Shown piece by piece: positions 29,833 to 40,775 of a stretch of 64,000 nt of DNA. The position numbers were made by a program, and so were the translations under genes. Every line of letters starts with the position of its first letter. Positions within the stretch are counted from its first letter, which is position 1. The notes under the pieces were generated by a model. The model made no database searches, was not told the DNA's origin, and saw only the letters and a list, made by a program, of their open reading frames with translations. The stretch spans positions 32,001 to 96,000 of the forward strand of contig BTVV01000004.1 of assembly GCA_045863855.1 (NCBI GenBank), in the 5' to 3' direction. The stretch is from Planctomycetota bacterium (GTDB lineage Bacteria > Planctomycetota > SZUA-567 > H5-PLA8).

Positions 29833-32102
29833 CAGGCTTCCTCCCCCGCCCGCTCACGGCTGCGGCGAATGTTCGCCACGCACGCGGAGACCGCCTCTGC
29901 CGCGTACGCCAGCAGCGCCAATGCCGCAAGCCGCGGCCAAGCTTCGGCGCCCGTATAGACCAAGCTCGCGCCTGCATTCGGCGGAAGAATCTCGATCGGA
30001 ATGCCGGCCGCCTGCGAGAACTCCTGCGGACCGGCCTTCTTCAGGCTGCTCTCGGCGGGCGGAACGAAGGCGGTCACCAGCCGGCCGTATCCGCCTCGCG
30101 TGGCGCCGCCAGACGTCGGCTTACGTAGTTCGTAGATGCCTTGGCGTTGCGGCGGGATCAGTACACGGCCCTGCGCATTCAGCGGCAGGCGTTCGGCCGG
30201 TCCGGCCGCATCTTCCGATCCCGCTGGCGCCGCCAGACCCAGTTCCAGCTCCTCAAGAAACGCGAACGCACGTTCCGAAGCATCGAGCACCGCGGGCTGC
30301 ATCGCCGGAACGACATCCGCCGGACGCGCTTCATGCCGCTGCGTCAGGTAATCCACCACGCGCCACATGAACGCCGGAAACGGGCGGATCAGCGCAAGGT
30401 TTCCGCGATCCAGTTCCAGCCCAAGCATCCACTGCAGGACGCGCCCCTCCCCCAGTTTCGATTCGAGTATCAGCGGGTGCCCTTGCGTGCTGAACAGGAT
30501 GGATTGCGTTCCTTCGGCCATGGCGCGCACTTCCCGGATGCGTCCCAGCCGAACCTTGCTCAAATCGCCGCCTTCTCCATCGACAAAGGGCCGCCAAAGC
30601 GCGTGGCGCTGGCCTTCCATCCGGAACGAAGCTGCCGGTTCGAGCGCGATCTCGTTCCCCAATTGGGCCGGCGCCAACGGCGGCGCGGAGGGCGTGCCCG
30701 AGGCCAGCGTCCGATTGAAGACCGGCGCCGAGCAGTGCTTCGAGCAAACGATCAGGAGCGCGTGCCCCTCGTTTACGTAGGTCCGCAGATCCGCGAGGTT
30801 CTCGGTCGGCAACGACGAAACATCGTACAGGACGACGATGTCGTACTTGCTCAGCACCTCCGCGCGCAGTTCGGGCGCCAGGATCCGCTTCGTATGAATG
30901 CCGGTGCCTTCGGCGAGCCCCAATTCGCGGCCGGGATTAAGCACATATTGCAGGATGCGCCCGCCATCGACTTCGGAACCGGCGACGGCCTCGCCCGAAT
31001 CGGCGGGTTGTCCCGGAAGCGCTTGGATCTGCGGTCCGGCCGCACCGCTTTCGCCCATCACAATCAGCACCCGGCGCAAGTCGGCCACCTTTAAGGGAAC
31101 TCGAAACGCGTCGTCCAGCGCGTACGCGTCCGAGTCGATCTGAAGTTCGGCGATCGTGCGCAGACTCATGTTGATCGGCTGCGTCAATTCGACGAAGGCT
31201 TCGCCCCCCGCCGCGAGGTTCAACGCTTTCGTGTGCGCGGCCTTTCGAGCGCCCAGCATCAACTGCACTTTGACTTCCGCCGCTTCCGGTCCGTGGTTCA
31301 CCACATGCGCCAGCAGATGCGCATCGTCGCCCACGTTGACCTCAGGCTTGCGCAGACGGGCGTATTCGATGGCGACATTCCCCGCACGGTCTCCGTGCGA
31401 GACATCCAGCAGCGCGACACGCAGGCTGGCGCCGTGCGCTTCCGCCGCCGCGGCGATGCGTTCCAGGTCGGCCTGCTTGCGCGGATAAAGCGCGCTGGCC
31501 CGGTAATCGGACAGCAGCACGATCTGCGTGCAGCCTTCACGCCGCCCCGCCGCCAGTTCGATCGCCTTGCTTAGTCCCGCCGTCAGTCCGCAGCCTTCCC
31601 CATCGATGGGTTCCGCCCGCGCCAGCGCCTCGCTCGCCGCGGCCGTACCTTGCGTGAGCGGCAGGATGCTTTGGGCTTCGGTGCCGGCGAGTACGATTCC
31701 GCAGCGGCTCGCGGCATGTTCGGAATCCAGCAATTCCGCGCCGAGCGCTTTTGCGCGGTCGAAGTAGCGCTCCGCCTGGATCGTTCCATTCACCGTGACA
31801 TGCCGCTGCATGCTCGCCGAAGCGTCGAGCACCAGGATCAGGTTTCGCGGAGCCGGTTCGCTGCCGGGCCACGCGAAGCGTGCCATCGCCAGCACCAGAA
31901 GCAGCATCGCCAGCAACCGCAGCAGCAGTTGAATTCGGTCGATCAGTCGCGGAGCGAAAACATTGGTTTGGCGCGTATCGGCCAGAAAGCGCAGCGACGG
32001 AAACTCGCGCACGGGAAAGCGCGCTCGATTGATCAGGTGGATCGCTACGGGCGCCGCCAGCCCCAGCACGCCCAACAGCATGGCCGGATAGAGCAGGCTC
32101 AT
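29832..32102 (-). CDS. BatA + VWA domain membrane protein (756 aa)
   Basis: Start MSLLYPAMLLG...PVAIHLINR...FPSLRFL (BatA N-terminus), MIDAS VLDASASM...LLSD, C-terminal TM; ATGA overlap with the DUF58 stop. Confidence 0.88.
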   Translation of the reverse strand: MSLLYPAMLLGVLGLAAPVAIHLINRARFPVREFPSLRFLADTRQTNVFAPRLIDRIQLLLRLLAMLLLVLAMARFAWPGSEPAPRNLILVLDASASMQRHVTVNGTIQAERYFDRAKALGAELLDSEHAASRCGIVLAGTEAQSILPLTQGTAAASEALARAEPIDGEGCGLTAGLSKAIELAAGRREGCTQIVLLSDYRASALYPRKQADLERIAAAAEAHGASLRVALLDVSHGDRAGNVAIEYARLRKPEVNVGDDAHLLAHVVNHGPEAAEVKVQLMLGARKAAHTKALNLAAGGEAFVELTQPINMSLRTIAELQIDSDAYALDDAFRVPLKVADLRRVLIVMGESGAAGPQIQALPGQPADSGEAVAGSEVDGGRILQYVLNPGRELGLAEGTGIHTKRILAPELRAEVLSKYDIVVLYDVSSLPTENLADLRTYVNEGHALLIVCSKHCSAPVFNRTLASGTPSAPPLAPAQLGNEIALEPAASFRMEGQRHALWRPFVDGEGGDLSKVRLGRIREVRAMAEGTQSILFSTQGHPLILESKLGEGRVLQWMLGLELDRGNLALIRPFPAFMWRVVDYLTQRHEARPADVVPAMQPAVLDASERAFAFLEELELGLAAPAGSEDAAGPAERLPLNAQGRVLIPPQRQGIYELRKPTSGGATRGGYGRLVTAFVPPAESSLKKAGPQEFSQAAGIPIEILPPNAGASLVYTGAEAWPRLAALALLAYAAEAVSACVANIRRSRERAGEEA

Positions 32103-33010
32103 CGCGCGCGCTCCCGGCGGAAGTTCAGGTAATCGCGCAACGCGATTTCCAGCGGATCGGTGGTCGTAAAAAAGCGGTAATCGGCGCCCCATGCCGCACA
32201 GGCTTCGCGCAGGTCTTTGCGAAAGCGCCCGAAGCGGTCGAGGTACGATCGCTTCTGTCGCATCGCGTCGCAGGTCATCGTCGCGCCGGTCTCCGCGTCG
32301 CGAAACGTATTCATTTCCTCGAACGGAAACTCCACTTCGTCGCGGTCGGCCACATGGAACAGAACCACCTCGTGATTGCGCGCGGCGACATGCCGCAGGC
32401 CGTCCACGATATCCTCCACTTCCCCGTAGCAGTCGCTGATCAGGATCAGGATGCTCCGTCGCGGCATGCGCTGCGCGGTCTGCTTCAGCGCGTAGGATAG
32501 GCCCGTTTCGCCGTGGGCTTTCAATTGGTCGAGTGTCTTGAGTATGGCGAACAGGTGCCGCTTGCCCTGCCGTGGCGGCAGGAAGGTGCGGATACGGTCG
32601 TTGAAGGTAAAGAGTCCCGCCGAATCCTGCTGGTGCGAAACCAGATAGGTAAGCGCCGCGCTCAAGTACGAACCGAACTCGATTTTACTGAAACGGCCGG
32701 GATCCACCGGCTGATAGCCCATCGAACGGCTGATATCCAACAGGCAGACCACATTCATGTTGGATTCCATCTCGAAGCGCTTCACGAAATACTTTCCGGT
32801 GCGCCCCAGCATGCGCCAGTCGATCGTCCGCGGTTCGTCGCCCACCACATATTCGCGATGATCCACGAACTCGACGCTGAAGCCGTAGTTGGGGCTGCGG
32901 TGCCGCGAAGCGTACATCCCTTCCACCAGCAGCCGCGCTTTCAGCTCGATGGACTCGATCGAGCGCAGCAGCTTCGGGTCGAGGTAGCGGGCTTGAGCGA
33001 TGGCGTTCAT
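32099..33010 (-). CDS. DUF58 (VWA-like) protein
   Basis: HRSPNYGFSVEFVDHREYVVGDEPRTIDW, LLDISRSM, LISD; canonical position after moxR. Confidence 0.93.
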   Translation of the reverse strand: MNAIAQARYLDPKLLRSIESIELKARLLVEGMYASRHRSPNYGFSVEFVDHREYVVGDEPRTIDWRMLGRTGKYFVKRFEMESNMNVVCLLDISRSMGYQPVDPGRFSKIEFGSYLSAALTYLVSHQQDSAGLFTFNDRIRTFLPPRQGKRHLFAILKTLDQLKAHGETGLSYALKQTAQRMPRRSILILISDCYGEVEDIVDGLRHVAARNHEVVLFHVADRDEVEFPFEEMNTFRDAETGATMTCDAMRQKRSYLDRFGRFRKDLREACAAWGADYRFFTTTDPLEIALRDYLNFRRERAR

Positions 33011-33053
33011 CGTCGCGGTTCATCCCTGCGGCTGGAAGGCGATACGGATGGTG

Positions 33054-34064
<1,011 letters not shown>

Positions 34065-34429
34065 TCCAGATTCCTCCTTCATCCTAGGCAGACTCGGGTA
34101 CTCCGCATCGGCCTTTTCCCTATACACCAACACTTCATGCCATAGATCGATTTGTTAAAGTATTAAATTAAACCAACTAGGGAGCCCCTGGTAAAGTTTC
34201 GGGTCTCCAAACAGCCACCCCCTAAGACTCCCGAGCAATTGGGATTTGCACAAGCGCATGAGCACCAAGATAATCGTGCGGAGATTCGAGGAATCCATTC
34301 AACCCAAAGTATACCAACAGGATAGGAATATTTAACTTTATCAATTGTTTTGTCTGATTAAAGTACAGTTGCGGGTGTATACTTTTCCATTCAGTGAAGT
34401 AAAAACCCGCTAATCGGTGTCACGGCCCC
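34065..34429. promoter_or_regulatory. Divergent AT-rich promoter region between moxR and the GntR regulator, with repeated candidate operator boxes
   Basis: TATACACCAAC (34121), AATTAAACCAAC (34166), AAAGTATACCAAC (34306), AACTTTATCAAT (34334), GGTGTATACTT (34374, opposite orientation). Confidence 0.55.
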
Positions 34430-35527
34430 ATGAAACAGTCCGAGATCGCTCAACTCATCCGCGACCAGATCGTTTCCAGCTCGCTTACGCCCGGCGCGCG
34501 GTTACCTACGCGGCTGGAACTCGAACAGCGCTTTGGAAGCAGCAGCGTCACGATCCAGCGCGCACTCGATCAACTCAGCGCCGAGGGATTCGTCGAAGCG
34601 CACGGGCGCAGGGGCACCTTCGTTTCCGATGCACCTCCGCATTTGCATCGATACGGGTTGGTCTTCGCATCTCGGCCCGCGGCGGGCGGCGCGTGGAACC
34701 GCTGGTGGCAGACGCTCGTTCACGTCGCTCAGGATTTGCAAGCGCGCTCGGGGAAGCAGATCAAGCTGTTCTACGACGTTGACCCCCGGCTCAGCGGAAG
34801 CGCCGAATACCAGGCGCTCGAAGAGGCCGTGACCAGCCAGACCGTCGCGGGGCTGATCTTCGCCTGCCATCCGTACATCTTCGTCAATACCCCGGTGCTC
34901 GATTTCCCCGGCGTGCCGCGCATGGCGTTCACGGGCGAACCCTTTCGCTCGGACATGGCGGCGTTTCAGTTCAATAACCAGGCGTACCAGGATAAAGCGT
35001 TCGATTATTTCCTCCGGCGCGGGCGCAAGCGCCTCGCGGTGCTGGGGCAGCCGATGTCCGACCGCCTGGATCTGGCCTGGACCGTCGCCGCTCAAAAGCG
35101 CGGCCTCGAGACGCGCCCGGCCTGGACGCTGGCCGTGCCGCTCAACGACGCGCACTGGGCTCAGAACGTCGTGATGCTACTGATGAGCTTGCCGCCAAGC
35201 GAACGCCCCGACGCGCTTCTGATCAAAGACGACAACCTCACCGAACAGGCGCTCTACGGATTGCGCGACAGCGGCGTGCGCGTAGGCGAAGACCTGGACG
35301 TGATCGCACACGCCAACTTTCCGGTGCAAGCGCCGCTGATCCTGCCGGCCAAGCGCCTGGGCTGGGACTCGCGCGAAATCCTGCGGCTGGGTATGGCCTA
35401 CATCGACGCGCACCGGCGAAAAGAAAGCGCGCCCGACCGCTACCTGCTGGACGCTTGGTTCGAAGAAGAATTGGCAGAACCGCTGTTCACGTCTCCGCCA
35501 TGGCCTGCGGCGCGCGTCCACGCCTGA
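34430..35527 (+). CDS. GntR wHTH + LacI-type effector-binding transcriptional regulator (AraR-like architecture)
   Basis: PGARLPTRLELEQRF..SSVTIQRALDQL..EGFV....RRGTFV; C-terminal RGRKRLAVL, PDALLIKDD, GVRVGEDL. Confidence 0.92.
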   Translation: MKQSEIAQLIRDQIVSSSLTPGARLPTRLELEQRFGSSSVTIQRALDQLSAEGFVEAHGRRGTFVSDAPPHLHRYGLVFASRPAAGGAWNRWWQTLVHVAQDLQARSGKQIKLFYDVDPRLSGSAEYQALEEAVTSQTVAGLIFACHPYIFVNTPVLDFPGVPRMAFTGEPFRSDMAAFQFNNQAYQDKAFDYFLRRGRKRLAVLGQPMSDRLDLAWTVAAQKRGLETRPAWTLAVPLNDAHWAQNVVMLLMSLPPSERPDALLIKDDNLTEQALYGLRDSGVRVGEDLDVIAHANFPVQAPLILPAKRLGWDSREILRLGMAYIDAHRRKESAPDRYLLDAWFEEELAEPLFTSPPWPAARVHA

Positions 35528-35603
35528 TCGATTCTACGGCCACTCCGGTTAGGCGAGGTTCGTGGCGCGGGCAATCGACTGCGCGTCGAAACTACCCGCC
35601 ATG

Positions 35604-38600
35604 CTAATCCATCTCTTCCAGCAGCGAATCCGCGGCGCTGGTTTTGCCCACCGCGCCGGGAATGCCAGGCGATTGCGATCCGTCCTGCTTGCTGCCGATG
35701 AAGCGCAAGTGCCCCCACAGCGACGGATCGAGGCGCGCTTCGGTCGGTTCGTCCGCCACGCCGGAAGCCAGAAGGTCGGCCCACGATTGCCGGTTGCGCG
35801 TCGAATGCCCGTCGTCGGTCATCATCACGCTCCAATCCATCTTGAGCGTCGCCGCGGCTTCAGGCTTCAGGCCCAGATCGGCGAGCGGAATGGAAGCTTC
35901 GATCGTGTACTTGCCGTCTTGATCGCGCAGCGCGATCTGCGCCGCTTTAAGCACCGTTACCTGCTCGAACACGGCTGTACCGCCGGCCGGCGTGCTGGTC
36001 TCCCAGCGCGCATCGGCCGGAGCGCCCGGCGCCACAGCTCGATACAGCACCGCCACCGGCTTACCTTTGAAGCGCGCGATCAGCAGGCGCACATCGCCCG
36101 CGACCGGTTGCTTGCGGTCCGGCGGCGCGAGCGGGTCGGCGCCGAGCTTCACGTCCACCGCCGCACCGGTCTTGAAGAGCCTGCGGAAATCCTCGCCACC
36201 ATTTTGGAACGGTCCTCGATCCTTCACCTCCCAAGCCAGGTAGAGAAATTTGGCGTTGTAGCGCGCCCCAAAGCTGGCGAAGTCGTCGATCGACGCCAGG
36301 TCGGGCCATTCCTTTTCGCCGAACTCACCATCCAGACTGGGCATGCCCATGCGGCATGGAAGCAACTGCGCCTTGGCGAACACCTGCTGCCGCCCGATCG
36401 ACGCCTCCCATTCGCGCGTCTGCCGGATCATTTCCGCAGTCACTACCAGTTCGCCCGACGCTCGGCGGAACAAGTCCAGGCCGCTCACTTCCATGACGCT
36501 GGTGCTGGCGTGCCCCGCGACGACGTAGCACTTCCCGTCGGCCGTCTGGCAGAAATGGTGGTGAAAGTGTTCCTGTCCCAAGCTCAGGTTTTCCAGCACT
36601 GTCCCGCGTGCATGTTCCGCGGGGAAGCCCTTGGCGCGCGGATCGCGCTGGTGCAGCGTGAGGTGCCCTGCCAGCAAACCGTCAGCGGTCCACAGATTCA
36701 TCTGGCCGTTGTTGGCATGTATCACGAAGATATCGCCCAACTCGCCCACCTTCCGGGCTGTGCCGGAAAGGCCGTACTGCAAATCCACTTTGCCCGGCGC
36801 CCACGGATACACCTTGAGTCCGTCCATGCCGAGCTGGGCCGGATAAGACCAGATCCGCTTTCCGGCGGGGTCCAGCACTTCGTTGACCCCATGCCCGAAG
36901 CGAAAATGATTTCCGTCGGGAAGCTGGAAGTCGGCCCCAAACGGCATCGGCTTGGCTTCGAACTCGGGCGTCCCATCGGTCAGAAAGCTCTTGGGCTCGT
37001 AGCGCTTCGAGCCGGCGCTGGTGTTGGCCCAGAGCCCCAGATTCGCATCGAAGCGCCCCAGCGCGACGCGGTTATCCTTGCCGGGCAACGGCTCGAACGC
37101 GACCTCGGGCACCTGCGGCAGGCCGTCGCCGTTGCGGTCAGTCCAGACGAACTGGAATCCGCCCATTGGCTTCCCCCCCAAGGCCTTGAGGAACTCGGGC
37201 TTGGCCAAATAGGGAAAGGCGCCGGCCGTACCTACCGCCGCACACAGCCGCAGGCGCTTCGCCGTTTCGTCGTAAAGACAGATGACCGCCAGGTTCTGAG
37301 TCGAGCCGTGGCTCAGAGGGGCCGAAACGATGTAACGCCGGCCGTCCACCACGATCGGCTCCGAGTTATGCCGGAAGCCCGAGCCCCACACCGAAGCCTC
37401 CTCGTACCGGTCGGACATCAGGCTGTCGAGGCGCGTCTTGCCCGTCTCCCAGTCGATATGAAAGCGCATGTCCGCGAAGTAGAGCCGGCTCTTGTCGTAC
37501 GGATCCAGCACGCCTCCGCCGCCGTAGTTCGTGTTGCCCAGGAAGTCCTGCACGAACGCGCCGTCTTGCTTGAAGTGCATGATGCGGCGCGGATTTTCGT
37601 GCGGATATACCGCGAAGAAGTTGCCCTGCCCGTCGGCGGTCAGCGCGCAAACCTCCTCCATGATTTCCGGATCGTACGGCCCTGCTTTCATGCGCCCGCG
37701 CTTCCCGATTTCGTTCAGGAATTTGCCGTCCGGACCGTAAACCCGGACGTTGCGCCTGTCGTCGGCGCAGTCGAAGACGTACAGCCGCCCCTGAGGATCG
37801 AAGCCGAACGGTCCCGCGCGCTTGGCGGGTGCCAGATCGGTAACGAAGTCCGTCGTCTGCAGCGAACCGTCATCCACCTGCACGACTTTGGTATCCACGC
37901 GCCCGAACAGCGCGCCGTCTGTCGGCCGGAAGGCCAAGCCGCCGTTCAACGGCGACGCGTGCTCCGAGAGCAGCTTGCCGTCCTGCGCGTCGTGAACGGC
38001 TAGGCGACGCGTCACGATCGGATCTACCGGCGGCTCGCCGCCCAAATACTGCAGTGCGGCTACGCCGTAGACCCGGCAGCGCGCGGGCTCGATCTGCGTA
38101 CCGCCTCGGTCGTGGCGCACACCTTCGGGCCGGCCGCCCTTTTCACCCCATTGCTTGACCACGCGCAGCCGAATCGCGCGCGTTTCGTAATCACGGCCGA
38201 AATCGAGCACGCCGTCCAGGTACAGCGCGTGTGCGTTGTTTCCGCTGTCGGGTTGATAATGGTTGCGCCGCGGCTGAAGGTACGTGCCGGCTGGCTCCCA
38301 GCCTTCGAGGGCATCCAAGGTGGGCTCACCGGCGCCCGTCCAGACGTCCACTTCAGTCCGCTCGCCGTCGATTTCCTTGATCGCCAGCCCGCGCACGCGC
38401 TGAGGTTGCTCCCACGCGAGCTGCATGATCCCGGGTTCTTCGGACGAAAGCGGGTTCTTGCGCTGCGCGTCCCAAACCCCGCTCTTCACGTCGTACGTAC
38501 CCGAGTTCACGCTCACCTTCGCGCCGGACAGACTGCGATGGCGCATGCGCAGCAGGCGCATGCCTTCGATCTGCCCGCGCCATTTGCCGTCTTGAGCGCC

Positions 38601-40376
38601 GGCGGCGCCTTCGTTTAAGAGTGACAAGCCGGCCGTCTGAGCCCCCGTGGTATGGTCTTCCTCGTCCATCAGCGCGTCGTCCATCTCGCCGCCCGGCTTC
38701 GAAAACGTAATTCGCAGCGCGCGCGTAAGTATGCCTTCGGGCAGCGGCACGCACATCCAGGCGTCGTCCAGCTTGGCCGGAACCTGGAGCCAGTCCGCAT
38801 CGAGGTGCGGCTTGGGCGGATACGACGCGCCGGGCTTCAGAACCGACAACTGCACATCCAGGCCGCCCGGCCGGACCAGGGTCGGGAAGACCAGGCTGCC
38901 CAGAGGCACTTCTTCCTTAAAGGAAAGGACAATGTACTGCTTCGAGCGCCGCCCTTCGGTCGACTGCAGATGCAGCGTATTGCGCGGATCGCCTCCGACG
39001 AATCCACCTTTCAACCGGAAGTAGCTCAGGAAATCGCGCCGAGGCGAGATCGGGATTCCGTAATTGTCCGTGCGCGGAATGCCGGCTTGAAGCTTAGGCA
39101 AGCTGGCCTCTAAATCGACAAACGACTCGGAGGTGGCGACATCGAGGTAGTTCAGAGGACTGTAATAGCCCACGTAAATCTTCTCGTCCTTGGCGGCCAG
39201 CCCAACCACCCGGCCGCGCCGCTCCGGATCGGGGTACAGGTTGAAGAGCCGCGTGGACTTTCGCGACTGCGCGTCGAAGCGGCTGATCTCGTTACCGGAT
39301 TTGAAGAAGAGCGTCTTTCCGTTGCTGAACAGCACGTTGACGGCTTGGGGCGATCCCCACAGCTTGCGTCCCTGCGTGTCGCACTCGATCAGCGCATGCC
39401 CGCCTTCGGTGCCGCCCGCGCCGATGTAAAGTTTCTCGCCCACCATCGCGATCGCGCACTGATTGCCGTGATTGGAGAGCCAGCCGTCGGCGGGACCGCG
39501 CCACCACGGGGTGCTGTCGGGCGAATGCGCCTCCACGTTCGGGTATGGCGTCACCTGATAGACCAACTCGGGCTTGGGCCCGCTGACCAGCTTCCAGCGG
39601 TATGTTCCGGGCGCGACGTACTGGCCCTGCTCGTTTTTCAAGTTCCAGCGTTCTTCGACCGGACCGGCCTCGCGGGGCACTTGGGCAAACAGATTCTTAA
39701 CGCGCCGGCCTTGGGCATCCTCGAGCACCAGCGCGGCTTCGCCGGCCACGGGCACCGTGGCCGCGATGCGCACCGGCGGCAGCGCTTCAGGCGGCACGAT
39801 GGGCTCCGCGGGCGGCGCGCCCCAGACGCTCAGATCGCGCAGCCAAGCCACCTGACCGTTCTTCGGCGCAACTTCAAGCACTGCGATCTTGAACGCGCGC
39901 GTCGAAACCGCCTCGGGCAGTTCCAGCGTATACGTGACTCCTTCGCGCTCGGACTTCTTCGCGATCGCTTCGGGCGGGAGCCGCCGCCAAGCCTTGGCCG
40001 GCGCCAAAGCGGGCGACTCGAGCGCCTCCGCTCGAAGTACAAGGAAACTCACCTCGGTTCCGTTGGTCGTCACGCGTGCGCGCCGGATTTTCTGCGGGCC
40101 GGGCCAAGTCAAGATATACCAACTGGGGCTGGCGCTGCTGACCGGACCGCGATGAACCTTCTTTTCTTCGTCGGGTTGAGCGTTGAACCAAGGACCGCGG
40201 CCGCGCGCAAGCGCTACCGGATCGCTGCCCAGCGGGCATCGCTCGGCTTGCGGAATCGCCATCGGAGCGAGGTTGACGATATCTTTAGAGGGTTCAGCCG
40301 TGCCCGCCGTGACCACTGCCGCAGCCATGCCCACGCAAAAGCACCCAATCAGCCATACGACTCGAGCTCGCTTCAT
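35604..40376 (-). CDS. Giant secreted protein (1590 aa): discoidin-like domains, FlgD-like Ig, NHL/beta-propeller, C-terminal CBM9-like domain
   Basis: Signal peptide; LEDAQGRRVKNL...W..KNEQGQYVAPGTYRWK (FlgD Ig); FDPQGRLYVFD...VRVYGPDGKFLNEIG (NHL); WTDRNGDG loop; LDGEFGEKEW...FLYLAWEVKD...YTIEASIPLADLGL (CBM9-like). Confidence 0.75.
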   Translation of the reverse strand: MKRARVVWLIGCFCVGMAAAVVTAGTAEPSKDIVNLAPMAIPQAERCPLGSDPVALARGRGPWFNAQPDEEKKVHRGPVSSASPSWYILTWPGPQKIRRARVTTNGTEVSFLVLRAEALESPALAPAKAWRRLPPEAIAKKSEREGVTYTLELPEAVSTRAFKIAVLEVAPKNGQVAWLRDLSVWGAPPAEPIVPPEALPPVRIAATVPVAGEAALVLEDAQGRRVKNLFAQVPREAGPVEERWNLKNEQGQYVAPGTYRWKLVSGPKPELVYQVTPYPNVEAHSPDSTPWWRGPADGWLSNHGNQCAIAMVGEKLYIGAGGTEGGHALIECDTQGRKLWGSPQAVNVLFSNGKTLFFKSGNEISRFDAQSRKSTRLFNLYPDPERRGRVVGLAAKDEKIYVGYYSPLNYLDVATSESFVDLEASLPKLQAGIPRTDNYGIPISPRRDFLSYFRLKGGFVGGDPRNTLHLQSTEGRRSKQYIVLSFKEEVPLGSLVFPTLVRPGGLDVQLSVLKPGASYPPKPHLDADWLQVPAKLDDAWMCVPLPEGILTRALRITFSKPGGEMDDALMDEEDHTTGAQTAGLSLLNEGAAGAQDGKWRGQIEGMRLLRMRHRSLSGAKVSVNSGTYDVKSGVWDAQRKNPLSSEEPGIMQLAWEQPQRVRGLAIKEIDGERTEVDVWTGAGEPTLDALEGWEPAGTYLQPRRNHYQPDSGNNAHALYLDGVLDFGRDYETRAIRLRVVKQWGEKGGRPEGVRHDRGGTQIEPARCRVYGVAALQYLGGEPPVDPIVTRRLAVHDAQDGKLLSEHASPLNGGLAFRPTDGALFGRVDTKVVQVDDGSLQTTDFVTDLAPAKRAGPFGFDPQGRLYVFDCADDRRNVRVYGPDGKFLNEIGKRGRMKAGPYDPEIMEEVCALTADGQGNFFAVYPHENPRRIMHFKQDGAFVQDFLGNTNYGGGGVLDPYDKSRLYFADMRFHIDWETGKTRLDSLMSDRYEEASVWGSGFRHNSEPIVVDGRRYIVSAPLSHGSTQNLAVICLYDETAKRLRLCAAVGTAGAFPYLAKPEFLKALGGKPMGGFQFVWTDRNGDGLPQVPEVAFEPLPGKDNRVALGRFDANLGLWANTSAGSKRYEPKSFLTDGTPEFEAKPMPFGADFQLPDGNHFRFGHGVNEVLDPAGKRIWSYPAQLGMDGLKVYPWAPGKVDLQYGLSGTARKVGELGDIFVIHANNGQMNLWTADGLLAGHLTLHQRDPRAKGFPAEHARGTVLENLSLGQEHFHHHFCQTADGKCYVVAGHASTSVMEVSGLDLFRRASGELVVTAEMIRQTREWEASIGRQQVFAKAQLLPCRMGMPSLDGEFGEKEWPDLASIDDFASFGARYNAKFLYLAWEVKDRGPFQNGGEDFRRLFKTGAAVDVKLGADPLAPPDRKQPVAGDVRLLIARFKGKPVAVLYRAVAPGAPADARWETSTPAGGTAVFEQVTVLKAAQIALRDQDGKYTIEASIPLADLGLKPEAAATLKMDWSVMMTDDGHSTRNRQSWADLLASGVADEPTEARLDPSLWGHLRFIGSKQDGSQSPGIPGAVGKTSAADSLLEEMD

Positions 40377-40775
40377 CCCGAATCTCCGATACCCACTCTA
40401 CCCGACCTTACGTTTGAACCCGACTCCATTGACGCACCTTGAGGCGTCCGACTTTTATTTCATCATACGTACACCGTATATAAATTGATTGTCGCTGGAC
40501 TTCCTGAGATTATTCCAAGGATCCTCGACTAAGACCGCAAGCTATCGCTCTATCATCATGTAAGACACTATTTATATTGTGTTTATAGATTTCATAATCA
40601 ACTCCATTCGGAAACCATGAGATTGTGTCCATTCAAGCGTGGCGTTTTGTGAGTTCACATAACCTTAGTATATAAAAGATGTAATGAATATATCTGTAGC
40701 GATGGCAGATTTTCGCTCTACTCTATATTTTGCGGTGTAACTATATTAAGTAAAGTGAAAAAGGAAAGCCCCGCT
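40377..40775. promoter_or_regulatory. AT-rich divergent promoter region
   Basis: About 400 bp of markedly AT-rich sequence between divergent genes; weak match GTACACCGTAT (40469) to the motif seen at 17.4 and 34.1-34.4 kb. Confidence 0.5.

Noticed and set aside
35562..38003. 813-aa ORF on the + strand
   Set aside because: Antisense shadow of the 1590-aa gene; Arg/Ala-rich, no motifs; long shadow ORFs are expected in GC-rich DNA.
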